A model generated the notes under the pieces. It was not told where the DNA came from. It saw only the letters and a program-made list of their open reading frames with translations, and did no database searches. A DNA stretch of 64,000 nucleotides from a virus: positions 16,968 to 80,967 of IMG/VR virus record IMGVR_UViG_3300036845_000456, one strand, 5' to 3'. Shown here piece by piece: positions 20,880 through 30,842 of this stretch (position 1 is its first letter; every line of letters begins with the position of its first letter). The translations under genes and the position numbers were made by a program.

Positions 20880-21473
20880 ATGCTTTTGCTTTATTGCAAC
20901 ATAGCGAATGCGGCGATCGTCGCCATCCACGACGATGCGCAAGCCCCCGTTCCGATGTCGGCCTACGGCGCCGCAGGCACCATCCGCATTGTTCCTTGGG
21001 CCGGGTTACGCGGCGATTTGCAAAAGTTAGGAACGCCGCCGCCTGTTTCCAGTGATCCAACCGCGCAAATACCCGACACGCGCCCTTATGCGCAGCCGAC
21101 CGAAACGCCGGCCATCCTGAAAGCCTATGCGGCGCAAGTCCGTTATAATTTGTCCGTGCAAGGCGTTTCGTTCACGCCGTCGGGCGGCGGCCAAATTACG
21201 GTCAATAGCGACCGAGAGAGTCAATCGTTGCTCAACAATCTGGCCTCACACGCGGCCACCCTGGCGCCCACCGCTTCGGTGGATTTCACACAAAACAACA
21301 TGGCCTACACCATCACGGCGCAAGACGCGATCAACATGTTCAACGCGGTCATGGCGCAAGTGCAGACCGTGCGCAACATCGAGGCCACCTGCATTGCGGA
21401 TCAGAATGCGACGACGCCGAGCATGCGCGTGTATGCCGACATCGACAACGCCTTCGCTGGCGCAAAGCGATAA
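20880..21473 (+). CDS. DUF4376-like tail fiber assembly protein
   Basis: LKAYAAQVRY..VNSDRESQ motif; follows the fiber gene. Confidence 0.65.
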   Translation: MLLLYCNIANAAIVAIHDDAQAPVPMSAYGAAGTIRIVPWAGLRGDLQKLGTPPPVSSDPTAQIPDTRPYAQPTETPAILKAYAAQVRYNLSVQGVSFTPSGGGQITVNSDRESQSLLNNLASHAATLAPTASVDFTQNNMAYTITAQDAINMFNAVMAQVQTVRNIEATCIADQNATTPSMRVYADIDNAFAGAKR

Positions 21474-21485
21474 TGAGAGGCCGCC

Positions 21486-21869
21486 ATGGCCGGTCCGACC
21501 TATTACGAAGCCACCGTCAACATCGCGATGAACGAGGACTGGGTGGTCCCGTTCGTCTACGGCACGTTTGCGCCGGACGGCATAACCGTGGTGCCGTTTG
21601 ATCTGACGGGCAGCACATTGAAGATGGAAATTCGGGTGCAGGAAGCCGACAACGAAGCAATCGTCTCGGTGAACTCGCCCGACAACGGCATCGAATTCTA
21701 CAACAACGATCCGACGACCGGCGAATTCTTCATCGCCATCACGCGCGACAAGCTCTGGCGCCTCTACCCGGGCAATTTCTTTATCGATTGCGTGCGCTTG
21801 ACGCCGAGCGGCTATCAGGAACGGCTCTGGGAAGGCACGGCGACTGTGGTGCAGGGGACGACACGATGA
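21486..21869 (+). CDS. BppU-like adaptor protein
   Basis: [28 protein letters not shown]. Confidence 0.6.
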   Translation: MAGPTYYEATVNIAMNEDWVVPFVYGTFAPDGITVVPFDLTGSTLKMEIRVQEADNEAIVSVNSPDNGIEFYNNDPTTGEFFIAITRDKLWRLYPGNFFIDCVRLTPSGYQERLWEGTATVVQGTTR

Positions 21870-23200
21870 CCGAACGATTTGGCCTCGGCAGTTCCGCAGC
21901 CTCGCGCATCAGCCTGTCGGCCAACGTGCAGCCGTTCCCGGGTGGGCCGAGCTTGATCGTGCCGCCGATCGGACCGCCGGGAAACACCGGGCCGGTTGGC
22001 CCTCCCGGCCCTCCTGGCGGTCCTGGCCCACAAGGCCCGCAAGGCGCCATTGGTCCTGTCGGCAGCATCGGGCCACAGGGTCCGGTCGGTCCGCAAGGTC
22101 CCGGCGGCTCGCTTGGCTACGGCGGCACATCAACAACATCGCTGACGATCGCGACCGGGCCGCAGACGCTGACGACAACCACCAATCTCGCGTATCTGCC
22201 GGGGATGCGCGTTCGCATTGTCAGCAACGGCACGCCGACAGCGTGGATGGAGGGCCAGTGCACGAGCTACAGCCCGAGCGGGACGGCGTTAGCGTTCAAT
22301 TGCGACTTGACCAGTGGCAGTGGCGCCTATGCGGACTGGAATGTCGGACTCGGCGGGCAGCAAGGTCAAGTTGGCCCTACGGGGGCACAAGGCGCGCAGG
22401 GGCCATCGGGCGATATTCACGCGCCTCTAGGCGGGCGCCTGATGTTTGTCAGCGGGACGCAGTTGAGCTATTTGCCGTTCAATGGCGATTGCATCAAAAT
22501 CAACGGGATAATCTATCAAATTCCGACGACCGGCATCGTCGGACTAAGCAACACGAATTGCATCATCGATGGCGCCCCCGGTAAGAATCTGACTGCCGCC
22601 CTCAACTATTACGTCTATGTGTTCAATAACAATGGAACGTTGACGGCGGATTTCAGCACGACCGGCTACATCATTAGCCAAAACGCAGGCAACGTCGGCG
22701 TGGCGATCAAGAATGGTGATAATACCCGTAGTTTGATTGGGCTGATCTATGCTGCCACTGGCGGTGTCTTCTATGACAGTTCTCAGTATCGCTACGTGCG
22801 AAGCTGGTTCAATCGACGGCGCATCCATGTTGCTAGTGGTGCAGGGAACTGGGGTCCAGCCGGGTCTACAAATTGGGCGCAGACTGGGCAAGCGGTATGG
22901 GTTGTCATGTTTCCAGAAGACGTTTTGAATCTGACCTATGGCAATATAATTTACACGAACAATCCTCTGTCAACCGTATTACTCGCGCTTGGCATCGACA
23001 CACAGGGAATGTTTGGATTCGGCAACACGTATGCAGGCGTGACTTGCGAGGAAGCAGGTAGTTACTATTCAGCAACTTGTTCTTTGTCCGTATCTGGTCT
23101 TAGTGCTGGGGTGCATGGGATAATCGGTTATTATCAAGTAACAAGCGCCGGTGCTTCGGCGGCCGGTTCACAGAATAGCATCACAGGGACGCTGACCTGA
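21866..23200 (+). CDS. Collagen-like tail fiber protein
   Basis: Gly-X-Y repeats ([15 protein letters not shown]..) and a fiber-type C-terminus; lower GC at the 3' end. Confidence 0.75.
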   Translation: MTERFGLGSSAASRISLSANVQPFPGGPSLIVPPIGPPGNTGPVGPPGPPGGPGPQGPQGAIGPVGSIGPQGPVGPQGPGGSLGYGGTSTTSLTIATGPQTLTTTTNLAYLPGMRVRIVSNGTPTAWMEGQCTSYSPSGTALAFNCDLTSGSGAYADWNVGLGGQQGQVGPTGAQGAQGPSGDIHAPLGGRLMFVSGTQLSYLPFNGDCIKINGIIYQIPTTGIVGLSNTNCIIDGAPGKNLTAALNYYVYVFNNNGTLTADFSTTGYIISQNAGNVGVAIKNGDNTRSLIGLIYAATGGVFYDSSQYRYVRSWFNRRRIHVASGAGNWGPAGSTNWAQTGQAVWVVMFPEDVLNLTYGNIIYTNNPLSTVLLALGIDTQGMFGFGNTYAGVTCEEAGSYYSATCSLSVSGLSAGVHGIIGYYQVTSAGASAAGSQNSITGTLT

Positions 23201-23568
23201 TGTTTGATCTCGAACCAGAGTACGTCGAGGGCCTGAACATCATCGCGTGGTGGCACGGCGTGACCGTGGGCGACGTCATCCTACGCATCGCCACGCATCA
23301 GCCGCGCGGCATGCGCCCCGAGCTAATCGAGAAGGCGAAAGGCCATCCCGTGTTGGCCGAGCTTGGCGTTGAGCGGCATATTCAGAAATGTCAGCAAGAG
23401 CCGGTCGATCTCAGCATCGCGATCCGCTGGTTCGTGCACGATTTCTTCGTCAAGAAAACATGGCTGCGCGAGAAGCACGCACAGCAGGGTGCTTATAACC
23501 GCGCCGCTCGCCATGCCGCCGCGCCGCCGAAGATGCACGTCGTGCGGCGGCCGGCCATCATGCGATGA
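23200..23568 (+). CDS. Ribbon-helix-helix (RHH_4-like) protein
   Basis: LEPEYVEGLNIIA..DLSIAIRWFV resembles the RHH_4 pattern LEDEFW..NLSSAIRVFV. Confidence 0.45.
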   Translation: MFDLEPEYVEGLNIIAWWHGVTVGDVILRIATHQPRGMRPELIEKAKGHPVLAELGVERHIQKCQQEPVDLSIAIRWFVHDFFVKKTWLREKHAQQGAYNRAARHAAAPPKMHVVRRPAIMR

Positions 23569-23586
23569 ACGCGATGGAATGCGGCG

Positions 23587-23811
23587 ATGAATATCGTGAC
23601 GTTGATCGCCGTTCAGTTGATCACGCTCACCGGGCCGGACGGTCAGGTGATCGAGCTTAATCCGCTGACCGTGTCCACCGTTCGCACCGTGCGCGGAAGC
23701 GACCACTTCGTTACAGGAACGCACTGCATTATATTCACGACGGACGGCAAGAACGTCAACGTCAATGAGACGTGCCAAAAGGTTCACGAACTGTTGGAGC
23801 AGGCAAAATGA
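23587..23811 (+). CDS. FlbD-like small protein
   Basis: LTGPDGQVIELNP..DGKNVNVNET pattern. Confidence 0.45.
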   Translation: MNIVTLIAVQLITLTGPDGQVIELNPLTVSTVRTVRGSDHFVTGTHCIIFTTDGKNVNVNETCQKVHELLEQAK

Positions 23812-25094
23812 CCAGGATCGTCGTATCAAGCGGCCATGGCACAAAAATCCGGGGCGCCGCAGGTTCCCCTCGGCCGCCGCAACATGATGAAGTCGATCAA
23901 GCAATCAAAATGATGAACGCCGTTGCGGCTAAGCTGAAGGCCGCAGGTGTCGAAGTCGTCACCTATACCGACACGGTATCAACAAGTCAGAGCGAAAATC
24001 TGGATCGTATTGTTGATTTCCACAATGCGCAGACCCGCGATTTGGATGTGTCGATCCATCTTAACGCCTTCGATCATTCTGCCCATGGTGTAGAAGTTCT
24101 CTACGTGACCCAGTCGAGCCTTGCGTCGAAAGTTTCGGCCGCAATTGCTGAAGCTGGCGGCTTCACAAATCGAGGCGCCAAGAAACGAACCGATCTCGCA
24201 TTCCTGAATGGCACGGAGGAACCGGCGATCCTGCTTGAGTGCTGGTTCTGCGACCATACTGGCGATTGCCAATCGGCCGATGCCAAGCACGACGCCATTG
24301 CGGAGGCCATCGCCGAAAGCATGAGCGGCTATGACGTGCCAGACGAAGAACAGCCGTCCGAGCCGCCAACAGATTTGCCGCCGCAACCGCTGCCCGAACC
24401 GCCGACGGAAGCGAACCGCGTTGACATCGTCGGCTGGACTGAGGGCGACGTCGCGGTGGTGATCAACGGCACGCTGATCAACGGCAACGCGCGCTGTCGC
24501 AACATCGTCCGCATCCGCGCCACGATGACCGGCGACGTTGTTGTCAGTCTCAACGGCGAGGAATTCCACAACAAGCCGCCAGCGCCGGGTGAACCGGACG
24601 GGCCGACCGAGCCCGAGCCCGGCGAGGGCATTCCCGAGAATCAGAAGAACATCACCGCGACGGTTTTCGGTGGCGAGGCGGACAACGAATACTCGGCCTA
24701 TGGGCCCTACGATTCTCAGGGGCGCGGGCCGTATCTCAACGACACTGATCTTTATGTCAGCTTGCCGGTCAACGTGACCGACGCGGCCATGCGTGAGCGC
24801 GGCGTGCGCGTGTTCAGTGCCGACAATGAATTGAGCGCAGTCGGGCCGATCATGGACAAGGGACCGTGGGTGGTGAATGACGACGACTATGTGTTTGGTG
24901 ATCAACGACCGATTGCCGAGACTTGCTATAAGAACAAACAGCCGTTGCCATCAGGGAGCGGGAACAACGCAGGCAAGGTGCCCACGAATGACGCCGGCAT
25001 CGATCTGTCGCCCGCCATGGCCGACATGCTCAACATCGAGGGCAAGGGCAAGGTGTCGTGGATGTTCGTCAGTGAGGACGAAGACGTCGCATGA
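23808..25094 (+). CDS. Endolysin: N-acetylmuramoyl-L-alanine amidase (Amidase_3) plus a C-terminal DPBB/RlpA-like domain
   Basis: SSGHG, VSIHLNA, GVEV, NRGAK and PAILLE amidase motifs; MDKGPW..IDLSPAMA C-terminal domain. Confidence 0.9.
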   Translation: MTRIVVSSGHGTKIRGAAGSPRPPQHDEVDQAIKMMNAVAAKLKAAGVEVVTYTDTVSTSQSENLDRIVDFHNAQTRDLDVSIHLNAFDHSAHGVEVLYVTQSSLASKVSAAIAEAGGFTNRGAKKRTDLAFLNGTEEPAILLECWFCDHTGDCQSADAKHDAIAEAIAESMSGYDVPDEEQPSEPPTDLPPQPLPEPPTEANRVDIVGWTEGDVAVVINGTLINGNARCRNIVRIRATMTGDVVVSLNGEEFHNKPPAPGEPDGPTEPEPGEGIPENQKNITATVFGGEADNEYSAYGPYDSQGRGPYLNDTDLYVSLPVNVTDAAMRERGVRVFSADNELSAVGPIMDKGPWVVNDDDYVFGDQRPIAETCYKNKQPLPSGSGNNAGKVPTNDAGIDLSPAMADMLNIEGKGKVSWMFVSEDEDVA

Positions 25095-25276
25095 CCCGCG
25101 TCGGCAAGAAAGTCGCGGTCAGTGTCGTGTTCGACATCGTCAAGATCGAAGTAATCTGCGGCGATGACTATGAGGCGCAAGTTCTCTACGACGATATCTG
25201 CGACAGAATGAAAGCCGGCGAAGGCATCACACTGGCGCTATCACAGAATAGGAGCGTTTCGGAGGGCAAACCATGA
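25091..25276 (+). CDS. Hypothetical protein
   Basis: ATGA-coupled ORF in the lysis cassette. Confidence 0.5.
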   Translation: MTRVGKKVAVSVVFDIVKIEVICGDDYEAQVLYDDICDRMKAGEGITLALSQNRSVSEGKP

Positions 25277-25494
25277 GTATCGCTGGAATTCTGATCGGTG
25301 TTCTCAACTGCGTGCTGGTCGCGGCCATCTTGGTGTTGGTCGGTGCAATCGTCGTGTGGGTGGCATCGTTGTTTCAGTGGCCGATCCCCTGGAACATTCA
25401 GCGCATCTATTTGCTGATCGTGTTGCTGGTGTTCATTATCTGCGTGATCTCGTTACTCGTGGGGGCACCTATGGTGCATATCTTTCACTACTAG
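25273..25494 (+). CDS. Putative holin (two transmembrane helices)
   Basis: 73 aa, two hydrophobic segments, downstream of the endolysin. Confidence 0.55.
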   Translation: MSIAGILIGVLNCVLVAAILVLVGAIVVWVASLFQWPIPWNIQRIYLLIVLLVFIICVISLLVGAPMVHIFHY

Positions 25495-25584
25495 CGATCA
25501 GCCTGATTTCTATCCCGACTTGCCGCTACCGGCCGACGTGCCGCCGATCTGCACGCACTGCTAACCCGTTTCCTCCCGGACTTG

Positions 25585-25622
25585 CCCTGCCCTGGCCGCA
25601 CCGCTGGGGTGGGGTTTTTTTT
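25585..25622 (+). terminator. Rho-independent terminator of the late operon
   Basis: CCCTGCCCTGGC/GCTGGGGTGGGG stem followed by T8. Confidence 0.75.
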
Positions 25623-25624
25623 GA

Positions 25625-25804
25625 TCAAACGGGCGGTTTGTTTTTCAGACGCTCGCGGAATTCTGCGTCCGTCTCTCGCCGATAGCCGTCTGGAATCGGT
25701 GTCGAGAATAACAATACCGGCGGCGGCGCCTCGCCGGGCTGCAACTTGATCAGCCGGCGAATTTCCATGGGCTCAGCCATCCAATCAAAAATATCGCGTG
25801 GCAT
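25625..25804 (-). CDS. Hypothetical protein
   Basis: GAAAGGA RBS; ORF ends RRETDAEFRERL. Confidence 0.5.
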   Translation of the reverse strand: MPRDIFDWMAEPMEIRRLIKLQPGEAPPPVLLFSTPIPDGYRRETDAEFRERLKNKPPV

Positions 25805-25882
25805 TGTCTTGTTCCTTTCGTATGCTCTGCACTGAGGCACAGCGGGTTCTGACGCCCTTGTGTCTCCGGTTGTTCGGAAACT

Positions 25883-25927
25883 AAAAAAGGCCGCTCGATG
25901 GATCAAACCATCAGCGGCCTATTTTTT
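25883..25927. terminator. Bidirectional rho-independent terminator
   Basis: A6-GGCCGCT(C)GATGG..CCATCAGCGGCC-T-rich tail. Confidence 0.75.
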
Positions 25928-26157
25928 TACTTGAGCGGGCGCAGTGCAGCGGCGTCTTCCAATGTGATTTTCTTCCGCACCATCGTGCGCAACAGCAGCG
26001 CCACGAGTTTCGGCACGGCATGGCCGCCGCTGGCGTAGTAGCGCACGGTGCGCGGATCGATCCCGAGAAAGTGCCCGCACCCGACTTGGCTCAAGCCAAG
26101 TTTATCAAGTGCGAGATTGAATTCATCGGGGGACATGGGCAGCAGTTCGTTAGGCAT
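25927..26157 (-). CDS. XRE-type HTH protein
   Basis: LDKLGLSQVGCGHFLGIDPRTVRYYASG..VPKLVALLL. Confidence 0.75.
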   Translation of the reverse strand: MPNELLPMSPDEFNLALDKLGLSQVGCGHFLGIDPRTVRYYASGGHAVPKLVALLLRTMVRKKITLEDAAALRPLK

Positions 26158-26273
26158 GGTGAAGTCCTTTCGTTTATAAGTCGGCTTGGCGATACGTGAG
26201 ACGCCGCTGTTTCTTCGGGTCAGCGCGTTCTGATCGCCACGGCCCCGGGCGCTCCAACGTCCGGGGCCACTCG

Positions 26274-26492
26274 CTATCGGAACCCTTCGATGAATGCCGC
26301 GACGCCGTTGCGGTCGCCATTGGCGGCGTACATGACGCCGATCATTGCCAGTTCCGGCCGACATGGCGGAAGCCCTGGATAATTTTGGTTCATGTCAGAG
26401 ATCATCGAGGCGACTGCATTGACGAGATCGCCGCGCTGCAAATATTCGCGGGCCCTGGCCTTACACCATTCCAACCGTTCGGCCTCTGTCAT
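26274..26492 (-). CDS. Hypothetical protein
   Basis: LEWCKARAREYL..AVASMISD..FIEGF, a phage-type small protein. Confidence 0.6.
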   Translation of the reverse strand: MTEAERLEWCKARAREYLQRGDLVNAVASMISDMNQNYPGLPPCRPELAMIGVMYAANGDRNGVAAFIEGFR

Positions 26493-26671
26493 GACAGGTG
26501 CCTTTCGTCTTCGCCGACGACAATCCGATGCGTCGCTTCATCGATGGTGACCGCAAGCTCAACCAGAGCTTCCACGATCAGCCGCGCCTCGAACGCGACT
26601 CGCCCCGACGTCGCCGTCTCGATCAGGGCCAGCCGGGCTTCGTGCCTTTCTTCCTTGGTTCGCATGGGGGT

Positions 26672-27079
26672 TCATCTCCGGTTGTTGGGGTGGGCTCGCA
26701 GCCACGTGCCGAGCTTGCCGCAAAACTGCTCGTCTGGGTGGCCGTCGCAGAACGCCTCGATCGAAGCCTCGATGTCCGCTTGCTGGGCCGCCTCCTGCCG
26801 CGAGGGAGGCCGTGGGCTGCGTGGCGGCGGCGGGGCTTGTGAGAGTGGCGGCGGGTCGGGCAACGCCTCTGTGCGCCGCTGCGGCGGCGCGGTATAGACT
26901 TCCGGCCCCGGACCGGGCGGGAGGAAGGCCACAGGAGGCCGTACAGGCACGGGCACGGGTGGCCAATAGGGTGACGACCGGCAACCCCACGGATCGCACA
27001 GGAGGACGCCAGCGCCCGGCGCCGGGCCTGCCGAGAGGGCGCCGAGCACGATGCCGGCAATGAGGGGGGCGAGGTTCAT
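26672..27079 (-). CDS. Pro-rich exported hypothetical protein
   Basis: Signal-peptide-like N-terminus; coupled to neighbouring ORFs. Confidence 0.5.
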   Translation of the reverse strand: MNLAPLIAGIVLGALSAGPAPGAGVLLCDPWGCRSSPYWPPVPVPVRPPVAFLPPGPGPEVYTAPPQRRTEALPDPPPLSQAPPPPRSPRPPSRQEAAQQADIEASIEAFCDGHPDEQFCGKLGTWLRAHPNNRR

Positions 27080-27303
27080 GGCACCGTCTCCCCGGGGGCA
27101 AAGGCGATGCTGAGCAGGCGCACGCCGTTACCGTTGCCGTCGTCGGTGTAGACCGTCATTTCCCGGCGCTGCGTGTGCGGGTCGATCTCGACCACGACGC
27201 GGGCGCGGATGTCGGCTTCCATGAGGGTCAGGTAGCGGTCGATCAGGACGTCGCGGTTGATCATGATCTCGTAGCGTCCAAGATTGGTAGGCTCGGTGCT
27301 CAT
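27076..27303 (-). CDS. Hypothetical protein
   Basis: Coupled ORF with RBS. Confidence 0.5.
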   Translation of the reverse strand: MSTEPTNLGRYEIMINRDVLIDRYLTLMEADIRARVVVEIDPHTQRREMTVYTDDGNGNGVRLLSIAFAPGETVP

Positions 27304-27716
27304 GTTGTTTCCTTTCGTTTGACTCGATGTCTCCAGTGATGCGTTGACCAGCCCGCGCGCGCAGCGGAGTAGCCCATGGCTTCAGCGCAATCGCCGTTGC
27401 AGAAGAACTCGTCCACGTAGGACTCGCCGTCCCAAGTCGTGTAGCTGTAGACGGTGCGGCGTCCACTTACGTGCCGCGTCCAGCGATTGTCGTAGATGTC
27501 TTCGGACGCGCGCTCGTGTTCCTCCTTCTCATAGTGGTACTTGACCGAGACGATTTGCTGATTGGTGCGCTTCTGTAGGTCCTCGCGCGTCACAAGTTCA
27601 GCGTCGAAGTCGAAGCGTCCCCTACCCATTGGGTGCTCAACGTAGTGCTGCGTTGTGTGCTTGCGGATCGGCTTGCCGCACATCCGGCAATATGGCTGAG
27701 TGTTTGATTTGAACAT
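27300..27716 (-). CDS. Zn-finger-like hypothetical protein
   Basis: CRMC..FCNGDC motifs. Confidence 0.55.
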   Translation of the reverse strand: MFKSNTQPYCRMCGKPIRKHTTQHYVEHPMGRGRFDFDAELVTREDLQKRTNQQIVSVKYHYEKEEHERASEDIYDNRWTRHVSGRRTVYSYTTWDGESYVDEFFCNGDCAEAMGYSAARAGWSTHHWRHRVKRKETT

Positions 27717-27718
27717 CG

Positions 27719-27961
27719 TCAGTGCGTCTCCGCTTTGAGAGCCTTGCGGCCGTGGTCGGTGATGGTCACCCACAGGATCGGCCATCCGTAGGGAGGCCGG
27801 ATGCGACGTTCATGGGGATGGATCAGGCCGCGCTCGATCAGGCAAAAGAGCGTGGCCGGCTTGACGTCGTGGCGGGTGACCAAGTTGAACTCGGTCGCCC
27901 CGGTCGGGCAGCCGTTGAGAATGTTGAGCACGATGTGCTCAGACTCTGTCAGGGTTTTCAT
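27719..27961 (-). CDS. Small winged-helix-like hypothetical protein
   Basis: LIERGLI..TITDHGRKAL pattern. Confidence 0.5.
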   Translation of the reverse strand: MKTLTESEHIVLNILNGCPTGATEFNLVTRHDVKPATLFCLIERGLIHPHERRIRPPYGWPILWVTITDHGRKALKAETH

Positions 27962-27968
27962 TTGATGA

Positions 27969-28337
27969 TCATCCCTGACACGTCGTGTACGGCAGGAATG
28001 CCCAACCCGTACCGATCGGCGATTGCACAAACCCCCAGTTGCCTGAGACGTCGAGCAACGCGAGCGCTGTACCGGGCGGCAGCGCGCCGACGATCGGACC
28101 ATTGGGAACGACGCGCAGATTCAGCCACACCCACGGCGGCCCGATGACGATGCATACGGGCGGCGGGGGAGGCGGTGGCGCGACGATGACCGGCGGTGGT
28201 GCCACGACTACAGGCGGCGGCGTTACGACGATCGGTGGTGGCGTCACCACAAAGGGCGGCGGTTGAATGACCACTTGCGCGGTGGTCGCGCCCGTCAACG
28301 CCAGCAGCGCGGCGAGCGCAGTCAGAGTGCGTTTCAT
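27969..28337 (-). CDS. Exported SH3b-domain protein with a Pro-rich linker
   Basis: Signal peptide, (VVTPPP)n, then LNLRVVPNGPIVGALPPG..GNWGFV..GW. Confidence 0.7.
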   Translation of the reverse strand: MKRTLTALAALLALTGATTAQVVIQPPPFVVTPPPIVVTPPPVVVAPPPVIVAPPPPPPPVCIVIGPPWVWLNLRVVPNGPIVGALPPGTALALLDVSGNWGFVQSPIGTGWAFLPYTTCQG

Positions 28338-28577
28338 TTGATATGTTCCTCCGGGTTCGCCCGGCGCTCCAACGCCGGGGATGCAGCAGCGCATCATGGG
28401 GCCCCGCTCCAAATGGGGCCCGGTGCTACGCTCACCATCTTTTTTTGAATGAAGATTTACGCTTGATCGCTCGCGTGTTGCAGAGTCGAATTCCGGTTTT
28501 CCTATCGAGAAAATAGACGCGGACTTTCCCGGGTTGGAACTTTTCCACATGAAATTGGAAACGAGTTGCTGCTTTGG

Positions 28578-28787
28578 TCATTGCTTGCTCCTGGGTTTTA
28601 GCTGTTCGAGCCGGGCGAATAGTCTCTGAATGCATTCGACAGCGGCTCGCTCGCCCTTGAGGCCGAATTGCTTGAGCACGCGCCGGAAGTCATAGGCCGG
28701 CGCGTGGTGCTGCCCGCACACCGCGCAGAGATTGACGCGGAAGTGGCGCCTGCGGGGCGCGGGCAGCGCGATCGGTTCGAAGGTCAT
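28578..28787 (-). CDS. Hypothetical protein
   Basis: Coupled ORF with CxxC. Confidence 0.45.
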   Translation of the reverse strand: MTFEPIALPAPRRRHFRVNLCAVCGQHHAPAYDFRRVLKQFGLKGERAAVECIQRLFARLEQLKPRSKQ

Positions 28788-29359
28788 CGCAACCGGTCGC
28801 CGCGCGGTGCACTGGTGGTGCCAAGCACGTTGCCGCGCGCGTCGTAGTCCTTGGTGGTGTTGCCGGTTGTTGTTGACGTGCCACGGCTGTTGCCACGGGC
28901 GTCATAGAACCGGTTCGAGCCGTCGCCTTGCGGCACGACCGTGCCGATGCTGCGGCCGTCCGGCGCGTAGACCCGGCTTTGCTCGGCCGCCCCCGCGTTC
29001 GTGACTATGGCCAGCAAGAGCAATCCCGCCAGCATGACTCCGACCAACGATAGCCAGAACCACATCGCGGTTCTGCTCATGGGCTCGATGTAGGCAGGCT
29101 CCATGCTGACCGGTCGCGGCTTGACGATCTCGCCGGTTGACCAATCGACGGCCTTCCAATTCACGCCACGTTGCGGCTGCGGCTGCCACTGACGATCGGG
29201 ATTGGTCCCGAGCAACAGCAGCAACAACCACGCCAACAGCGGCGAGATCAGGACAGCTAGGACGAACCAACCGAAACCGGAGCGTTGATAGTGACGTGTG
29301 GCCGCAATGCTGACGGCGATTGCGAACACGATCCAGATGATGAAGCAGACGAATGACAT
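28784..29359 (-). CDS. Membrane protein with C-terminal YDARG repeats
   Basis: RSGFGWFVLAVLISPL transmembrane region; FYDARGN repeats. Confidence 0.6.
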   Translation of the reverse strand: MSFVCFIIWIVFAIAVSIAATRHYQRSGFGWFVLAVLISPLLAWLLLLLLGTNPDRQWQPQPQRGVNWKAVDWSTGEIVKPRPVSMEPAYIEPMSRTAMWFWLSLVGVMLAGLLLLAIVTNAGAAEQSRVYAPDGRSIGTVVPQGDGSNRFYDARGNSRGTSTTTGNTTKDYDARGNVLGTTSAPRGDRLR

Positions 29360-29598
29360 TGTCGTTTTCCTTCGGGGTTTGATTGACCGGCGACTCCAAT
29401 CGCCGGGATGCGAGCGCATCATGGAGTCCGTCGCACACGGACTCGGTGCTGCACTTTTAGGTTTGTCTGATTTAGCCGAACAACTGCCCGATGAAGGTGA
29501 TCAAATCCACAATCGAGAGCAGGGTGGCCCACTTGAACGGGCCTTTGATCCGCTTCGGATCGGCGCGGTAGTCCTCGCTGAGTTGTTGTAGTGGCGAC

Positions 29599-29802
29599 TT
29601 ACGCTTTTCCATGTTCAGGTTCCTTCGCGGTTTGAGCCCACGTCTTCGGCAGAAAGCCTTCCTTGCACAGCCAGCTATCGAGCGCGCCGAATAGCTCGGC
29701 CATCTCGACGGCCATGTCGGTGCAATCGTCGTCCGCGTCATAGGCGGCGTTGATCTCTCCGATTAGCTCACGCAATCGGGTTAGTGTTGCTTCCGGGTCC
29801 AT
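29599..29802 (-). CDS. Hypothetical protein
   Basis: MDPEATL..ALDSWL.KEGFLPKTW. Confidence 0.6.
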   Translation of the reverse strand: MDPEATLTRLRELIGEINAAYDADDDCTDMAVEMAELFGALDSWLCKEGFLPKTWAQTAKEPEHGKA

Positions 29803-30307
29803 GTTCGACTCCTTCGGGTGGATTGGGATAGAGCGGTCCGTCGCTCTCGTAGATGTAGCGGCGTTCACCGGTAGCCTGAAAGTGTTGCTCATTCTTCGCC
29901 AAGCGAGCCGCACGCGTGTCGCTGCGATCGGCAATGTAGGCGTCGATCTTAGCAACGACGCGCTTCAGTTCCTCGTGGGCGTGGTTCGAGCCCGTAAGGA
30001 TGTCGCGCGCCAACTGGGCAAGCACAGATGCGTACTTGTGTTCAGTCCAATGCTTGCGATTCTTTGCAGTGCGCTCGCAGATGCTTTCGTACACTTCCTG
30101 CTCGCTGGGATAGTTGAGCCGCGCGGCCTTGTGCTTTGCCTCATTGATGTTTTTGGCAAAGCCAAGCCGCTCGTTGTAGTACACGCTATCGATGCGCCAG
30201 CCGGTGTTGCCGTTGCGGTCGATCATCGCTACGGCCATGCCGTTCTGGCGAACGCCGTAACGGGCATTGATGCCGACACCATCGATGTGGTGAAGTGTGA
30301 TGCTCAT
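29768..30307 (-). CDS. Hypothetical protein
   Basis: 179 aa ORF with a GGAGG RBS. Confidence 0.55.
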   Translation of the reverse strand: MSITLHHIDGVGINARYGVRQNGMAVAMIDRNGNTGWRIDSVYYNERLGFAKNINEAKHKAARLNYPSEQEVYESICERTAKNRKHWTEHKYASVLAQLARDILTGSNHAHEELKRVVAKIDAYIADRSDTRAARLAKNEQHFQATGERRYIYESDGPLYPNPPEGVEHGPGSNTNPIA

Positions 30308-30357
30308 TCAGAAACCCTCCGGTTTGAACCGCACTCCAATGCGGCGCTCCTGTTTGT

Positions 30358-30840
30358 TCAAAGCGGCCGTTGTTTGAGGCCGGGCGCCTTGAAGTTGTGA
30401 TCATAGTTCACGTCACGGCTGTCGAAGCCGAGCGGGAAACGCCATGTCGGATCGCGATAGCCCCACAGATGAAACTTGTTGGACGTATCGACCTTGCGGC
30501 TTTCCGCCGGGTATAGTTCGACGGCTTCGCACTCGGCGCCGAGCAATTGGTTCTTGATCTCTTGCAAGTGCCGCCAGTCGCGAATGATCGCACCGTCGCG
30601 GCGGCGGATGTTCAGATGCAGCAAGCCCGCATTGTCATGATGGCGCACTTGCACCTGATAGAGATCATTGAGCCAATATTCGCAGCCCGCCTCGTATTCA
30701 TCGAGCCGAGCCTTCGCTTCCGTTTCGCTCACGTTCCATAGCTTGGCGGCATAGGCCAGACTTTCGCCCGGCTCGATGCTCGGCCGCGACGCTGGTCTGA
30801 GCGGAGTCCAGTGTCGCGGCTTTTTGCTTCCGTTGGACAT
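30358..30840 (-). CDS. Conserved phage hypothetical protein
   Basis: HLNIRRRD..DWRHLQEIKN..EAVELYPAESR.VD..N.FHLW. Confidence 0.7.
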   Translation of the reverse strand: MSNGSKKPRHWTPLRPASRPSIEPGESLAYAAKLWNVSETEAKARLDEYEAGCEYWLNDLYQVQVRHHDNAGLLHLNIRRRDGAIIRDWRHLQEIKNQLLGAECEAVELYPAESRKVDTSNKFHLWGYRDPTWRFPLGFDSRDVNYDHNFKAPGLKQRPL

Positions 30841-30842
30841 GT

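Noticed and set aside
21970-22110. Periodic GC-rich repeats in the fiber gene
   Set aside because: Explained by collagen Gly-X-Y coding with a 9-nt period; not the GGYNN or CGYCNN pattern.
28150-28265. Repeats in the SH3 gene
   Set aside because: Protein-level (VVTPPP)n repeats without a fixed hexamer consensus.
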